Source: Vitreimonas sp. (GTDB lineage: Bacteria; Patescibacteriota; Microgenomatia; UBA1400; PJMF01). Taken from it: a stretch of 64,000 nt of DNA. The notes under the pieces are model-generated. The model did no database searches and was not told the DNA's origin. It saw only the letters and a list, made by a program, of their open reading frames with translations. The stretch is taken from positions 1,098,331-1,162,330 of the forward strand of contig DASPLQ010000012.1 of assembly GCA_035627515.1 (NCBI GenBank), in the 5' to 3' direction. Below are positions 1 through 9,320 of this stretch, piece by piece; position 1 is the first letter of the stretch; every line of letters begins with the position of its first letter. Made by a program: the position numbers and the translations under genes.

Positions 1-99
1 GGTAACAAACCAAAGCCCCCTACAAAAAGAGAGGGAACTCAATGGAAGTGGAGAGAAGAAAAAGCTAAACCTAAGAAAATAAACGAAAGGAAAAAATGA
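1..99 (+). CDS. 3' end of a phage hypothetical protein (partial)
   Basis: Frame 1 is open from position 1 to TGA at 97-99, with an ATGA overlap into the next small ORF. Confidence 0.5.
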   Translation, partial: GNKPKPPTKREGTQWKWREEKAKPKKINERKK

Positions 100-203
100 G
101 AATGTGGATTTTTAACATGCTTAGTTTATTTAGGGATAAATCTTGGGTGCATCCTCAATTAAGAGGTGTAGTTGATTGGATTCGTTATGAGGTACTTTTA
201 TGA
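96..203 (+). CDS. Small phage hypothetical protein (35 aa)
   Basis: Hand translation MRMWIFNMLSLFRDKSW...; ATGA overlaps at both ends; AAAGGA upstream. Confidence 0.5.
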   Translation: MRMWIFNMLSLFRDKSWVHPQLRGVVDWIRYEVLL

Positions 204-343
204 AGTTAATTCAATTTTTAATAACACTAATGTTGATAATAATTATTATTTCATTTAGTTTTTGGTTTACATTTAATATGCCTTGCTGGGTTTATACCTA
301 TTCCCAAGTACCAGGAAGATGTGTTAGTTATTTTGTTACATAG
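200..343 (+). CDS. Small membrane protein (47 aa, one TM helix, two Cys)
   Basis: Hand translation MKLIQFLITLMLIIIIISFSFWF...PCWVY...GRCVSYFVT; ATGA-coupled to the previous ORF. Confidence 0.5.
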   Translation: MKLIQFLITLMLIIIIISFSFWFTFNMPCWVYTYSQVPGRCVSYFVT

Positions 344-349
344 GAATTC

Positions 350-1027
350 ATGACAGAAGAAAAAGAAAAAAATACCAAAGGTGGAAGAAAAAACATAGAT
401 TGGCAATCTGCTTTTCGTTTTTATTGCTTACCTGATGAAAAGGGGCAGCTTAGAAGTTACTCTGATGTTGCAAAAAAATTTGAGGTTTCTGAGGTTTCTG
501 TAGAAACTCATGGGTCAAATGAGGGGTGGGTGAAACTTAGGGAAAACTTAGGGAGAAAAGAGACTGCTCAGTTCCTTGAGGATAGAGCGGAAGCCCAAAA
601 ACAGGCAAATTTGAGACAGTTTGCTGCTTATCAAGAGATGCAGAGAGTTCTAAAAAATGAACTACTTTCTTTTGGAATTATGCAAGAAACTAACTCACCA
701 CATCGTGATGTTGGAGATCTGAAAAAAATAGCTGAAGCATTCAAGTTAGCAATGGATGGGGAACGAGTTATTTTAGGTCTCCCAACTAGCGTTAGTAAGT
801 CGGAAGTTGACAATAAAATCAGAACTTTGGGAGAAGTATTAGATGATTTAGACAAAAAAGATCCTTATGAAGATTACTCAAGCCAGGTTGGCGAGCAAAC
901 TGTGGAGAATGAACCACCTGTACAAGATCAAGAACAAGCAGGGCAACCTAGTGACCTACAAAATGAACCCGGTTCAGAAGAAGCACGTCTTGGAGAGATC
1001 GAAACACAGGTACAACCTAATCCTTAA
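350..1027 (+). CDS. Terminase small subunit (putative)
   Basis: N-terminal HTH-like segment (SYSDVAKKFEVS...EGWVKLR), helical middle, directly upstream of TerL. Confidence 0.75.
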   Translation: MTEEKEKNTKGGRKNIDWQSAFRFYCLPDEKGQLRSYSDVAKKFEVSEVSVETHGSNEGWVKLRENLGRKETAQFLEDRAEAQKQANLRQFAAYQEMQRVLKNELLSFGIMQETNSPHRDVGDLKKIAEAFKLAMDGERVILGLPTSVSKSEVDNKIRTLGEVLDDLDKKDPYEDYSSQVGEQTVENEPPVQDQEQAGQPSDLQNEPGSEEARLGEIETQVQPNP

Positions 1028-2426
1028 AGCTCGTCAGCATGGAATGACCACACACTATTGTATTGAGCTCCTCGATGATGCGCTCTGGGTGCCTGGTACC
1101 TCATGTGCCATTATTGCTCATGAACGAGAGGCTCTTGATCGTATTTTTGAGATTGTTAAGAGAGCATATGTTAATCTTCCCAAGGAAATCAAACCTGAGA
1201 CTAAAACAGATACTAAACGGGCATATTATTTTGCAGAGCGATTTGATGGTAAGGTACTCGACAGTAGCATCTATGTTGCTTTAAAGCTTCGCTCGGGTAC
1301 TGTGCAGCATCTACACATTACTGAAAGTTCCAAAATCAAGGATCGCCAAGAGCTAGTTTCCGGTAGTAAGCAAGCTGTTCCTCTAACTGGTCGAATCAGT
1401 GAGGAAACAACGGGTAATGGGTACGAAGGTTTCTACGATGCATACATGCAGGCTCACTCAAACCTAAATCCGGGTGATCTAGACTATAAAACCTACTTCT
1501 ATCCGTGGTTTGACAACCCAGAATACTCAATTGAGGGAGAGCTTGATGAATTAAGTGCCCACGAAAAGGAATTGGTGGGAAGATATAAACTTACTCCTGG
1601 TCAGATCCTTTGGAGACGATGGAAAGTACGAGAGCTTGCTCAGGGCAATACCGTCTTTGGATTAACAGGTGAGCAGCTTTTTAAACAAGAATACCCTAGC
1701 ACTATTCAGGAAGCATTTCAGTCTGCTGCAGGCAATGTATTCACAGCTGAAAAACTTGATTCACTTAATCAAAGCGCTCCAATTCGAAGCACTGAATTTG
1801 GTCTCAAAATTTGGAAAGAACCCATTGCTGATCACAACGAGGTTAATCCTGACACGGGGCGAGAGGAATTTGTTAAAGCTCACAACTACATTGTGGGGGT
1901 AGATCCGAGTGATGGTAGTGGAGCCGACTTTGGATGTATTGACGTTTGGGATGAAGAGACTTTTGAACAGGTCGCACAATTCTACGGAAAAGTGCGTCCG
2001 GACGAACTATCAGAAACCATCAAAAAGGTTTGTGAACTATATAACAATGCATACGTTGGAGTGGAAAATAATATGCTCTCGACTATTCTCTTTTTGTCAA
2101 AGATCTATGATAATTATTATTCAGAAGTGGTCATTGATGAGAAAACAAATAGGCGAACTAAAAAGCTTGGATGGAATACAAATAGTAAGACGCGCGATGT
2201 GATGGTTGATGACTTTATTGTGTATTTTGAAGAGGGTCATTTAAAAATTAATTCGGCTATCACTATATCGGAAATGAAAACTTTTGTGAGAAAGGACAAT
2301 GGGAAAAGGGAACATGCTGACGGCAAACACGATGATACTTTAATTGCAGCGATGATAGCTCTGCAAATGAAGAAATATCGAAAGCCAAGAGCACGAGCCT
2401 TCGAAAATAAAGCAGAGGGATTTTAG
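867..2426 (+). CDS. Terminase large subunit
   Basis: ILKARQHGMTT Walker A variant, LHITE Walker B, ETTGNG coupling motif, GVDPSDG and HDDT nuclease acidic residues. Confidence 0.93.
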   Translation: MKITQARLASKLWRMNHLYKIKNKQGNLVTYKMNPVQKKHVLERSKHRYNLILKARQHGMTTHYCIELLDDALWVPGTSCAIIAHEREALDRIFEIVKRAYVNLPKEIKPETKTDTKRAYYFAERFDGKVLDSSIYVALKLRSGTVQHLHITESSKIKDRQELVSGSKQAVPLTGRISEETTGNGYEGFYDAYMQAHSNLNPGDLDYKTYFYPWFDNPEYSIEGELDELSAHEKELVGRYKLTPGQILWRRWKVRELAQGNTVFGLTGEQLFKQEYPSTIQEAFQSAAGNVFTAEKLDSLNQSAPIRSTEFGLKIWKEPIADHNEVNPDTGREEFVKAHNYIVGVDPSDGSGADFGCIDVWDEETFEQVAQFYGKVRPDELSETIKKVCELYNNAYVGVENNMLSTILFLSKIYDNYYSEVVIDEKTNRRTKKLGWNTNSKTRDVMVDDFIVYFEEGHLKINSAITISEMKTFVRKDNGKREHADGKHDDTLIAAMIALQMKKYRKPRARAFENKAEGF

Positions 2427-2432
2427 GAAATT

Positions 2433-3929
2433 ATGGCAACACCAGCTCAGACAAACCAGCAGAAAACTCAACCCGTTATCCAGGGGCTTACTTTTCCATA
2501 TGAGGCAAGTAAAGGACGCATCGATCAGTACGCCTTCTATCAAAAAATATTTGAGGGACAACATTTCGAGGCTTTTAGTATCAAAATTGATAGTGAAAAG
2601 TTTACTAAGGAGTATGGAAAGCTTAAATATATTGTAGCCAACTTTGGTGGATTAATCTCAAAGGTTGTTGCAGATATGCTTTTTTCTGAGCCTCCAAAAA
2701 TTACAGTACCAGATGGAGATCAGGAGTGGGTAGATGGGTTAATTGAAGAAAATAAACTGCACATTCAGAACTATGAGTCCGCTCTCTCAAATTCAGCCAT
2801 TGGTGATGCGCTTTATAAAATGCGTACTGGAGACCGAGAAGAATCTTCAGATGAGCAAAGAATTTTTATAGAAGATATTACCCCAAGTATTTATTTTCCA
2901 CTTATTCAAGAAAATAATGTCCGTGGTAAACCAACTGTTGAAGAATTAGCTTGGGTTATTAAGATTGGTGATAAAAAGTACCTAAGAAAAGAAATTCACG
3001 AGCCGGGAAAAATCACAAACAAACTTTATTTATTAGAGAATGAAAAGATAATGGCTGAGGTAGATCTCTCCTTACTTGGCAACAGCGCTCCTCCAAAAGA
3101 AGTGGATACCGGAGTTAATTTCAACCTGATCTATCACACTCCAAATTGGAAAACTGGAAGACATTATTTTGGAGTAAGTGACTACGCTGACATCTTAACT
3201 CTGATTTATGCCTTAAATAATCGGCTAACAAAAGTTGATAATATTTTAGATAAGCATTCTGATCCAATTTTAGCTTTACCTGAGGGTGTATTGGATGAGA
3301 AGGGTAAAGTGAAACGGTCATCACTCCATATGTTTGAGGTTCCTGCGGGCAGTGGTGAAAAACCTGAATATGTTGTATGGAATGCTAGTTTAGAGGCAGC
3401 TTTTTCAGAGATCGATAAATTGGTCGAGTTTATGTTTATGTTCTCTGAAATCTCACCAGACTCAATGGGAATGGGTAAAGGGCAATCAGATTCTGGTCGG
3501 GCACTAAAGCTTAAGTTAATGCGTACCATTGCCAAAACAGCTCGCAAACGACTTTACTACGACCAGACGTTGAAGGATTTGATCTTCGACGCTCAAGTAT
3601 TGGGTAAAGAGCACGGGATCAAAATCAACGGGAAAACCCTATCCAAAGAGCCCGTTCGACCTGAAATTGAGTGGTTTGACGGCTTGCCAATTGACCAATT
3701 CGAACAAGTTCAACTAGAAGAAATGAAGATTAGCGCGGGTTTAAGTAGTGAAGAAGATTCGATTATGAGAATTGAAGGGGTTGATGAGGACTCAGCTAAA
3801 AACAAAGCTAAGGAGATACGAGAAGGCAAGCAAATCAAAATGGTGGAGATGGGTTTCTCTAATATAAAGAAACCAGCTGCCAAAGATGATACTCTTTCAG
3901 ACAAAAAAGAGGCTAAGCCAGCTCAATAG
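2433..3929 (+). CDS. Portal protein (SPP1 gp6-like)
   Basis: About 500 aa after TerL; IVANF, GVSDY and SGRALKLK motifs typical of SPP1-type portals. Confidence 0.9.
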   Translation: MATPAQTNQQKTQPVIQGLTFPYEASKGRIDQYAFYQKIFEGQHFEAFSIKIDSEKFTKEYGKLKYIVANFGGLISKVVADMLFSEPPKITVPDGDQEWVDGLIEENKLHIQNYESALSNSAIGDALYKMRTGDREESSDEQRIFIEDITPSIYFPLIQENNVRGKPTVEELAWVIKIGDKKYLRKEIHEPGKITNKLYLLENEKIMAEVDLSLLGNSAPPKEVDTGVNFNLIYHTPNWKTGRHYFGVSDYADILTLIYALNNRLTKVDNILDKHSDPILALPEGVLDEKGKVKRSSLHMFEVPAGSGEKPEYVVWNASLEAAFSEIDKLVEFMFMFSEISPDSMGMGKGQSDSGRALKLKLMRTIAKTARKRLYYDQTLKDLIFDAQVLGKEHGIKINGKTLSKEPVRPEIEWFDGLPIDQFEQVQLEEMKISAGLSSEEDSIMRIEGVDEDSAKNKAKEIREGKQIKMVEMGFSNIKKPAAKDDTLSDKKEAKPAQ

Positions 3930-3932
3930 GCT

Positions 3933-4793
3933 ATGGCTAGACCAACTGAAGTACCAGTTAATGAGAGAGAAATAGCACGCATTACGTCCGTCTATAAAAA
4001 TGCGTATGCTGGTGTTTTGGACTCAATTCTTAAGTCGCCATTACTCAATAATTTTCATAGAACCCAAGTACTAGCTCAAATCAAAGAAATTCTCAAAGAA
4101 CTAGGCCATGAGACTCAAGACTTTACTGATGGATTTATCAAGGCTCGCTATGAAAGTGGGTTTCAAGATGCGACGACTGAACTTAGCAATATGGGTTTAC
4201 TCAATAAAACGGGATTTAGTCTTATTCATAAGGAAGCGGTGTCTGCTCTAGTAAGTGAAACGCAAATGGCTTTTGGTGAAAGTATATCCGGAGTTTACCG
4301 ATCAGCAACTAACTTACTTAGTCAGGCAGTGAAAGAGCAAATTAAAGCTCGTCTCGCTGAAGGAACAATCACAGGTGAAACCAGGAAAAAAATCTCGGAC
4401 ACAATTAAGGCAACTCTATTAGATGAAGGCATGAGTGCTCTAGTAGATAAGGGTGGAAAGCAGTGGACTCTAGATCGATATGCCGAAATGTTAGTTAGGA
4501 CAAAAGCTGTTGAAGCTAGAAACACAGCGCTTGCAAATAGAATGCTTGAAAACGGCTATGATTTAGTTGAAGTTAGCGATCATCATTCAAAACACAAATC
4601 TTGCGCTGATTGGGAAGGCAAAATTTTATCCCTAACGGGAAGTACTCCAGGATACCCCACATTAGATCAAGCTAAGAAAGCCGGTCTATTTCATCCCAAC
4701 TGTAAACATGCGATTAATGTTATTCACTTCGATCTTGCTGCACAAACCAGTGCATATAGCTCACGTTCGCTTACCTATTCTAACCCTCAGTAA
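3933..4793 (+). CDS. Phage minor capsid / head morphogenesis protein
   Basis: W-x-LDRYAEMLVRT, C-x-x-WEGKILS and GLFHPNCKH motifs; position after portal. Confidence 0.88.
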   Translation: MARPTEVPVNEREIARITSVYKNAYAGVLDSILKSPLLNNFHRTQVLAQIKEILKELGHETQDFTDGFIKARYESGFQDATTELSNMGLLNKTGFSLIHKEAVSALVSETQMAFGESISGVYRSATNLLSQAVKEQIKARLAEGTITGETRKKISDTIKATLLDEGMSALVDKGGKQWTLDRYAEMLVRTKAVEARNTALANRMLENGYDLVEVSDHHSKHKSCADWEGKILSLTGSTPGYPTLDQAKKAGLFHPNCKHAINVIHFDLAAQTSAYSSRSLTYSNPQ

Positions 4794-4995
4794 CATCACT
4801 TTAATTAACTAAAGTGTATCAAAAATGATGTACTTCTTTGTATTCTAAATTGCTTTCACAATTGTCAAAATGATGATGCACTAAATTAGATGTTTGTTGT
4901 TCTTTGTTATGAAATGACATAGGCAATTACCAAATAATTTGATGCAAATTATTCCTGTAGTGGGCAGACCACGTAAAAAACTGAATAAGGAATTT

Positions 4996-5676
4996 ATGAC
5001 TGAGGCTAATGCACCTGCCCAAAGTACACCACCAACTGGGGATCAAAACCCACAAGGAGGAGCAAGCACACCTAACACCGATAGTTCGAGCGATTCAAAC
5101 AGTAATGCGCTTACTGATGATCAAATTGAACTTGCGTTAAAAGATGAGCGCGTATGGAAACATCCTCGATTCAAGGAAACCCGTGAGCAAGCAAAACTTG
5201 CTAAACAGCTCCAAGAGGAGAAGCGATTGGCAGAAGAGCAGCAGCTAAAGGATCAGAACAAGTGGAAAGAGATTGCTGATAAAAAAGAAGGCGAAATTCA
5301 ACAAATCAAGACGAAGGCAGCGGAAACTGCAATAACTGCAGCCATTCAAGCAAAAGCCGTCGCCAAGGGTATTGTTGACCCAGACGCAGCAGCTAAATTA
5401 ATTGATCGTTCAAAGATCAGTTTAAGTGATGAAGATTGGTCTATTAGTGGAGTCGAAGAAGCAATTGATTCTTTAATCAAGGATAAACCTTACTTGGTTG
5501 CTAAAAACGCTCCTAAACCGCCAATTGGCTCACCAACAGCTCCCGCAGATGGTAATCAACCACCCATGAAATTCAAACTCTCACAGCTCAATGACCATAA
5601 GTTCTACAAAGAGCATGAAGCTCAAATAGTACAAGCGATGAAGCTTGGGCTCGTTGAGAATGACATGCAACAGTAG
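4996..5676 (+). CDS. Capsid scaffolding protein
   Basis: Low-complexity N-terminus, coiled coil, IDSLIKDKPYL motif, directly upstream of MCP; start moved to ATG 4996 because AAGGA lies at 4987-4991. Confidence 0.8.
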   Translation: MTEANAPAQSTPPTGDQNPQGGASTPNTDSSSDSNSNALTDDQIELALKDERVWKHPRFKETREQAKLAKQLQEEKRLAEEQQLKDQNKWKEIADKKEGEIQQIKTKAAETAITAAIQAKAVAKGIVDPDAAAKLIDRSKISLSDEDWSISGVEEAIDSLIKDKPYLVAKNAPKPPIGSPTAPADGNQPPMKFKLSQLNDHKFYKEHEAQIVQAMKLGLVENDMQQ

Positions 5677-5694
5677 TACTAATAAGGAGGCAAA

Positions 5695-6612
5695 ATGCCT
5701 GAGAATGTATTAAATAACACAACTAACGCAGTTTTTATCCCAACTCTGATTGCTAACAAAGCTCTTGGACGTTTTTCTTCGTACTTAAACCTCGGTAAAA
5801 CCGTTGCTCGTAGTTCTGATTATGTGACTGCTCAAGTCGGTCAAGTAATTCAAGTTCCAAAGCGTGGTACTTTGAGTGCTAATGATAAAACCGCTGGTAA
5901 TGAATATACAAAGCAAAACCCAACTGCTACCAATGTAAGCGTTACCTTGAACAAGCATAAGGAAGTTACCATCGCCATCGATGACGTGACTAAAGTGTTA
6001 GAAAATCAAAATACTTTAGATGGTTACGCCGAAGACGCTGCTATTGCTTTAGCTGAGGCTGTTGAGGATGAATTGGCTTCATTGCACTCTTCATTAACCA
6101 ACACCGTCTCTTTTGATGCAACTTCCAGTGCTACTAAAAAGGCTTCTCTGTTAGCTCTCCGCAAACGTTTTGTAGACAACAAAGTACCTAAAGTAGAAAA
6201 CAAGTATCTCTATGTTGACCCTAGTGTCATGAATGAGTTACTTGAGGAAGCAGACTTCACTCAGCAACAAACCATCGGTCAAGCTCAAAACACCATCGAA
6301 GGTCGTGTTATGCGCTTATATGGTTTTGACATCTTTGAGTCTCAAAGTGTGAAACGATCTGGTTCTCCAGGTTCATTACACAACTTAGCTTACACTCGAG
6401 ATGCTTTCGTGTTGGCTTCCCGCCCATTACCTCAAGTTGGTCCTGGATTGGGTACAGTGTCAACTGTAGTGAATTCTGAAGATGTAGGTTTGAGTCTCCG
6501 TGTGAACATGCGCTATGACGGTTCAATTGGCGCTCACATCGTTACTTTAGACTTGCTCTTCGGTGTCGCTGTCTTAGACACTCGCCGAGTTGTTGAATTA
6601 GAGAGTTTCTAA
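5695..6612 (+). CDS. Major capsid protein (HK97 fold, P22-coat/N4-like)
   Basis: FIPTLIA N-terminus, G-x-x-IQVPK, GRVMRLYGFDIFES, DLLFGVAVL C-terminus; strong AAGGAGG RBS. Confidence 0.9.
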   Translation: MPENVLNNTTNAVFIPTLIANKALGRFSSYLNLGKTVARSSDYVTAQVGQVIQVPKRGTLSANDKTAGNEYTKQNPTATNVSVTLNKHKEVTIAIDDVTKVLENQNTLDGYAEDAAIALAEAVEDELASLHSSLTNTVSFDATSSATKKASLLALRKRFVDNKVPKVENKYLYVDPSVMNELLEEADFTQQQTIGQAQNTIEGRVMRLYGFDIFESQSVKRSGSPGSLHNLAYTRDAFVLASRPLPQVGPGLGTVSTVVNSEDVGLSLRVNMRYDGSIGAHIVTLDLLFGVAVLDTRRVVELESF

Positions 6613-6642
6613 ACTCTTTAGTTAATTAAGCAAAAAAACCAG

Positions 6643-6672
6643 GGGGAGGGGTCCTTAAGTGGGCCCTTCCCC
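6643..6672 (+). terminator. GC-rich 12-bp hairpin after MCP with no + strand U-tract (leaky terminator or mRNA stabiliser)
   Basis: GGGGAGGGGTCC-TTAAGT-GGGCCCTTCCCC; followed by AGATAA, preceded by an A7 run. Confidence 0.55.
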
Positions 6673-6689
6673 AGATAAATTAGGTAATT

Positions 6690-7910
6690 ATGATTTTAAA
6701 AAATCAAGGTGGTAGATTGGTCGAGATTGATAGCGAGAAAGAAGTTCAACAGCTACTCGCCACCCACCAATTCACCATCCCTACTCCTCAAGAACAAGAA
6801 GAATACCGAAAAGAAAAAGAATATCGCTATAAACTAATCACAGGCGTTATCCCTCACCCCGAAGAACAAACACCCGGCAACACAGACTACGAAGTTTACT
6901 TTAGTAGTGTCAATGAAAGTGCTGATGGCTATGGAATGAGTCGTCAACACATCAAGTCGGAGTTGCAAAAGTTGGGTGTGAAGATTTCCGAAGAGTTTAA
7001 ACACCAGAAAATAGGCTTTTTATACCACAGCCCCTATGCTGTTAAGCGTTTGGAGAACCCAATTAAAGTACTTTTCACAATGTTTGAGAGTGACAAGATT
7101 CCTGAAGACTGGGATGAATATTTGCGCCATGTTGACAAAATAATTGTTCCTTCTGAGTGGTGTGCTAATGTTTTCAGAAAAAGAGGATTTTATCCTGAGG
7201 TGGTTCCGTTAGGCTACAACACCAAAGCTTTCAACTACGTAGAGAGAAACGACAAAGAGAAAACGCATGAGCCATTTGTATTTCTCCATTACAACGCATT
7301 CAATCTGAGAAAAGGTTTTACTGAAGTGGCTAAAGCATTTATTAAAGAATTCCAACCTGACGAAAATGTAAAAATGATCTTCAAAACCACGTTGGAGCAT
7401 GCCCCGCTTCCGTTCCCACCCAGCAAATACCCGAATATAGAAGTGCAGTTAGGTAAGGTCAGCGATAAAGAGTTGGCAAAACTATGTGAGAAAGCGGACT
7501 GTTTTGTATTCCCGAGTAGAGGTGAGGGTTTCGGAATAACTCCTCTTGAAGCTATGGCTACTGGATGCAGTGCAATTGTGCCAAATGCCCATGGCATAAC
7601 TGAGTACTTTAATCCTGAGTATATGTACGAGGCCAAAGTTCGTGAAATGTGCCCGGCTGTCTATAGTCGCTACAAAGGCAGAGATGTTGGAAAAATGGTG
7701 ATTTGCGATGAAGATGACCTTGCAGCAAAAATGCGTTATGTAGTTAGCCACCTTGAGGAGTGTCGAGCAAAGGGGAAAGCAGCGTCAGAGTACGTCAAGA
7801 AATATAGTTATGAGGAAACGGCTACTAAGCTCAAGTTGATTTTTGACAACTTAGTCAAAAACAAGATCAAAGACTCGAATAGTAATCAAATTAAATTGGA
7901 GGAAATATGA
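6690..7910 (+). CDS. Glycosyltransferase, GT4/GT-B fold, with about 65 aa of extra N-terminal domain
   Basis: RKG motif and FVFPSRGEGFGITPLEAMATG (E-x7-E). Confidence 0.9.
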   Translation: MILKNQGGRLVEIDSEKEVQQLLATHQFTIPTPQEQEEYRKEKEYRYKLITGVIPHPEEQTPGNTDYEVYFSSVNESADGYGMSRQHIKSELQKLGVKISEEFKHQKIGFLYHSPYAVKRLENPIKVLFTMFESDKIPEDWDEYLRHVDKIIVPSEWCANVFRKRGFYPEVVPLGYNTKAFNYVERNDKEKTHEPFVFLHYNAFNLRKGFTEVAKAFIKEFQPDENVKMIFKTTLEHAPLPFPPSKYPNIEVQLGKVSDKELAKLCEKADCFVFPSRGEGFGITPLEAMATGCSAIVPNAHGITEYFNPEYMYEAKVREMCPAVYSRYKGRDVGKMVICDEDDLAAKMRYVVSHLEECRAKGKAASEYVKKYSYEETATKLKLIFDNLVKNKIKDSNSNQIKLEEI

Positions 7911-8179
7911 AACCAATCGAGAAAACCACTGCTGTAGTTGTTGAAAATGCTAAAGAGAACAGTGTCCAAGAAAAGTTAGTTAAACAACGACCAAGATTCG
8001 CCTACATACACGTAGGCTGTTCGGGACATGCTTTTTATTTGCATGCCAAGCCAAGATCTGGAGAGCCCATCCAGGGCTTTGACTACGAAGGCAATCCATT
8101 AAAAGGTGAAGTTAAGTGTAAGAGTTGTGGTGCAAAAATGAGTCATTTTAAGACTGAAAATATTATTGAATTAAAATAA
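7907..8179 (+). CDS. Small putative zinc-binding protein
   Basis: H-x-x-C (HVGC) and C-x-x-C (CKSC) pairs; ATGA-coupled within the GT cluster. Confidence 0.55.
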   Translation: MKPIEKTTAVVVENAKENSVQEKLVKQRPRFAYIHVGCSGHAFYLHAKPRSGEPIQGFDYEGNPLKGEVKCKSCGAKMSHFKTENIIELK

Positions 8180-9318
8180 TGAGTCATACTAAAGCTCAAA
8201 AAACTGGCAAAATTGGTGTTAAATACACTGGTGCTTTTCTAGATTTCTCAGGATACGGAGAAGCTACTAGACATGACATTGGTGCGTTGCATGAAGCTGG
8301 AATAGCTATTCAAACGGAGTACGTCCATTTTACTCATGAGGTTGCTGATTATGGTCGATTGGGCTCGCTTTGCAAACGCCTGCAAAATATTTCTGAGAAT
8401 TACAGAATCAAAATTCTTCATCTCACTCCAAACATTTTTCCTCGTTTTAAAGAAGAGGGTTGTTACATGATTGGTAGGGTCTTCTGGGAAACCGACAAAT
8501 TGCCACCCGACTTTGCTCAAGGTTGTGAGGTTCTTGATGAAATATGGACTGGAAGCGAAACAAATAAAAAAGCGATTGTAAATGCAGGGGTAAATAAGCC
8601 AATCTTTATTATTCCTGAGGCTATTGAAACTACTGTTTTTCCTCCTGAACCATATCAGGAAAGTGTAATTAATGGAAAATTTGCTTTTTATTCTATTTTT
8701 GAGTGGACGACTAGAAAAAACCCCGATGCCCTTTTAAGAGCATATTTTCAAGAGTTTAATGAGCAGGACAATGTATGTCTCATGCTCAAAACCTATGTAG
8801 ATGACTTCACTTCTAACAAAAAGGATGAAATTAAAAGTGAAATAAAAGCTATTATTGCCAGCCTCAACCTCAGTTATCGACCGCCTATTTATTTATATAC
8901 AGACCTTATGGATCGGCATCAAGTGCATCGATTTCATGCTTCTGGTGACTGCTTTATCAGCACAACCAGAGGTGAAGGGTGGGGTGTTCCTCAAATGGAA
9001 GCTATGTTATTTGGAAAACCGGTTATCACTACGCAGTCAGGAGGAATTGCAGACTACTTAACACACGAGGAATCAGCACACATACTTCCTACCTTTCCCG
9101 AAAGAATCACTCACTCCTCGAGAAACTCACAGTGGTACCGCTCAGATCAGAATTGGAGTGGAGTTTTGATTAAAGATGTACGGGAAGCCATGAGAAAAAT
9201 TTACAGTGATGCTGAATACAGAAATAAAATCGCTGAAGGGGGTAATAAGCTTGTCAAAGAAAGATTTAGTCTCAGCGCTGTTGGTGAATTAATGAAATCT
9301 AGACTTGAGGAAATTTAA
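8179..9318 (+). CDS. Glycosyltransferase, GT4/GT-B fold
   Basis: SGYG N-terminal loop, RKN, TRGEGWGVPQMEAM (E-x7-E). Confidence 0.9.
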   Translation: MSHTKAQKTGKIGVKYTGAFLDFSGYGEATRHDIGALHEAGIAIQTEYVHFTHEVADYGRLGSLCKRLQNISENYRIKILHLTPNIFPRFKEEGCYMIGRVFWETDKLPPDFAQGCEVLDEIWTGSETNKKAIVNAGVNKPIFIIPEAIETTVFPPEPYQESVINGKFAFYSIFEWTTRKNPDALLRAYFQEFNEQDNVCLMLKTYVDDFTSNKKDEIKSEIKAIIASLNLSYRPPIYLYTDLMDRHQVHRFHASGDCFISTTRGEGWGVPQMEAMLFGKPVITTQSGGIADYLTHEESAHILPTFPERITHSSRNSQWYRSDQNWSGVLIKDVREAMRKIYSDAEYRNKIAEGGNKLVKERFSLSAVGELMKSRLEEI

Positions 9319-9320
9319 AT

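Noticed and set aside
851-862. GAC AAA AAA GAT as a frameshift fusing TerS to TerL
   Set aside because: TerL is in the +1 frame relative to TerS, so a -1 slip would not join them, and TerL has its own ATG
4960-4986. preQ1-I riboswitch (hairpin plus A-rich tail)
   Set aside because: The loop is too short and lacks the ligand-binding consensus; the downstream gene is a scaffold. Kept only as a generic pseudoknot
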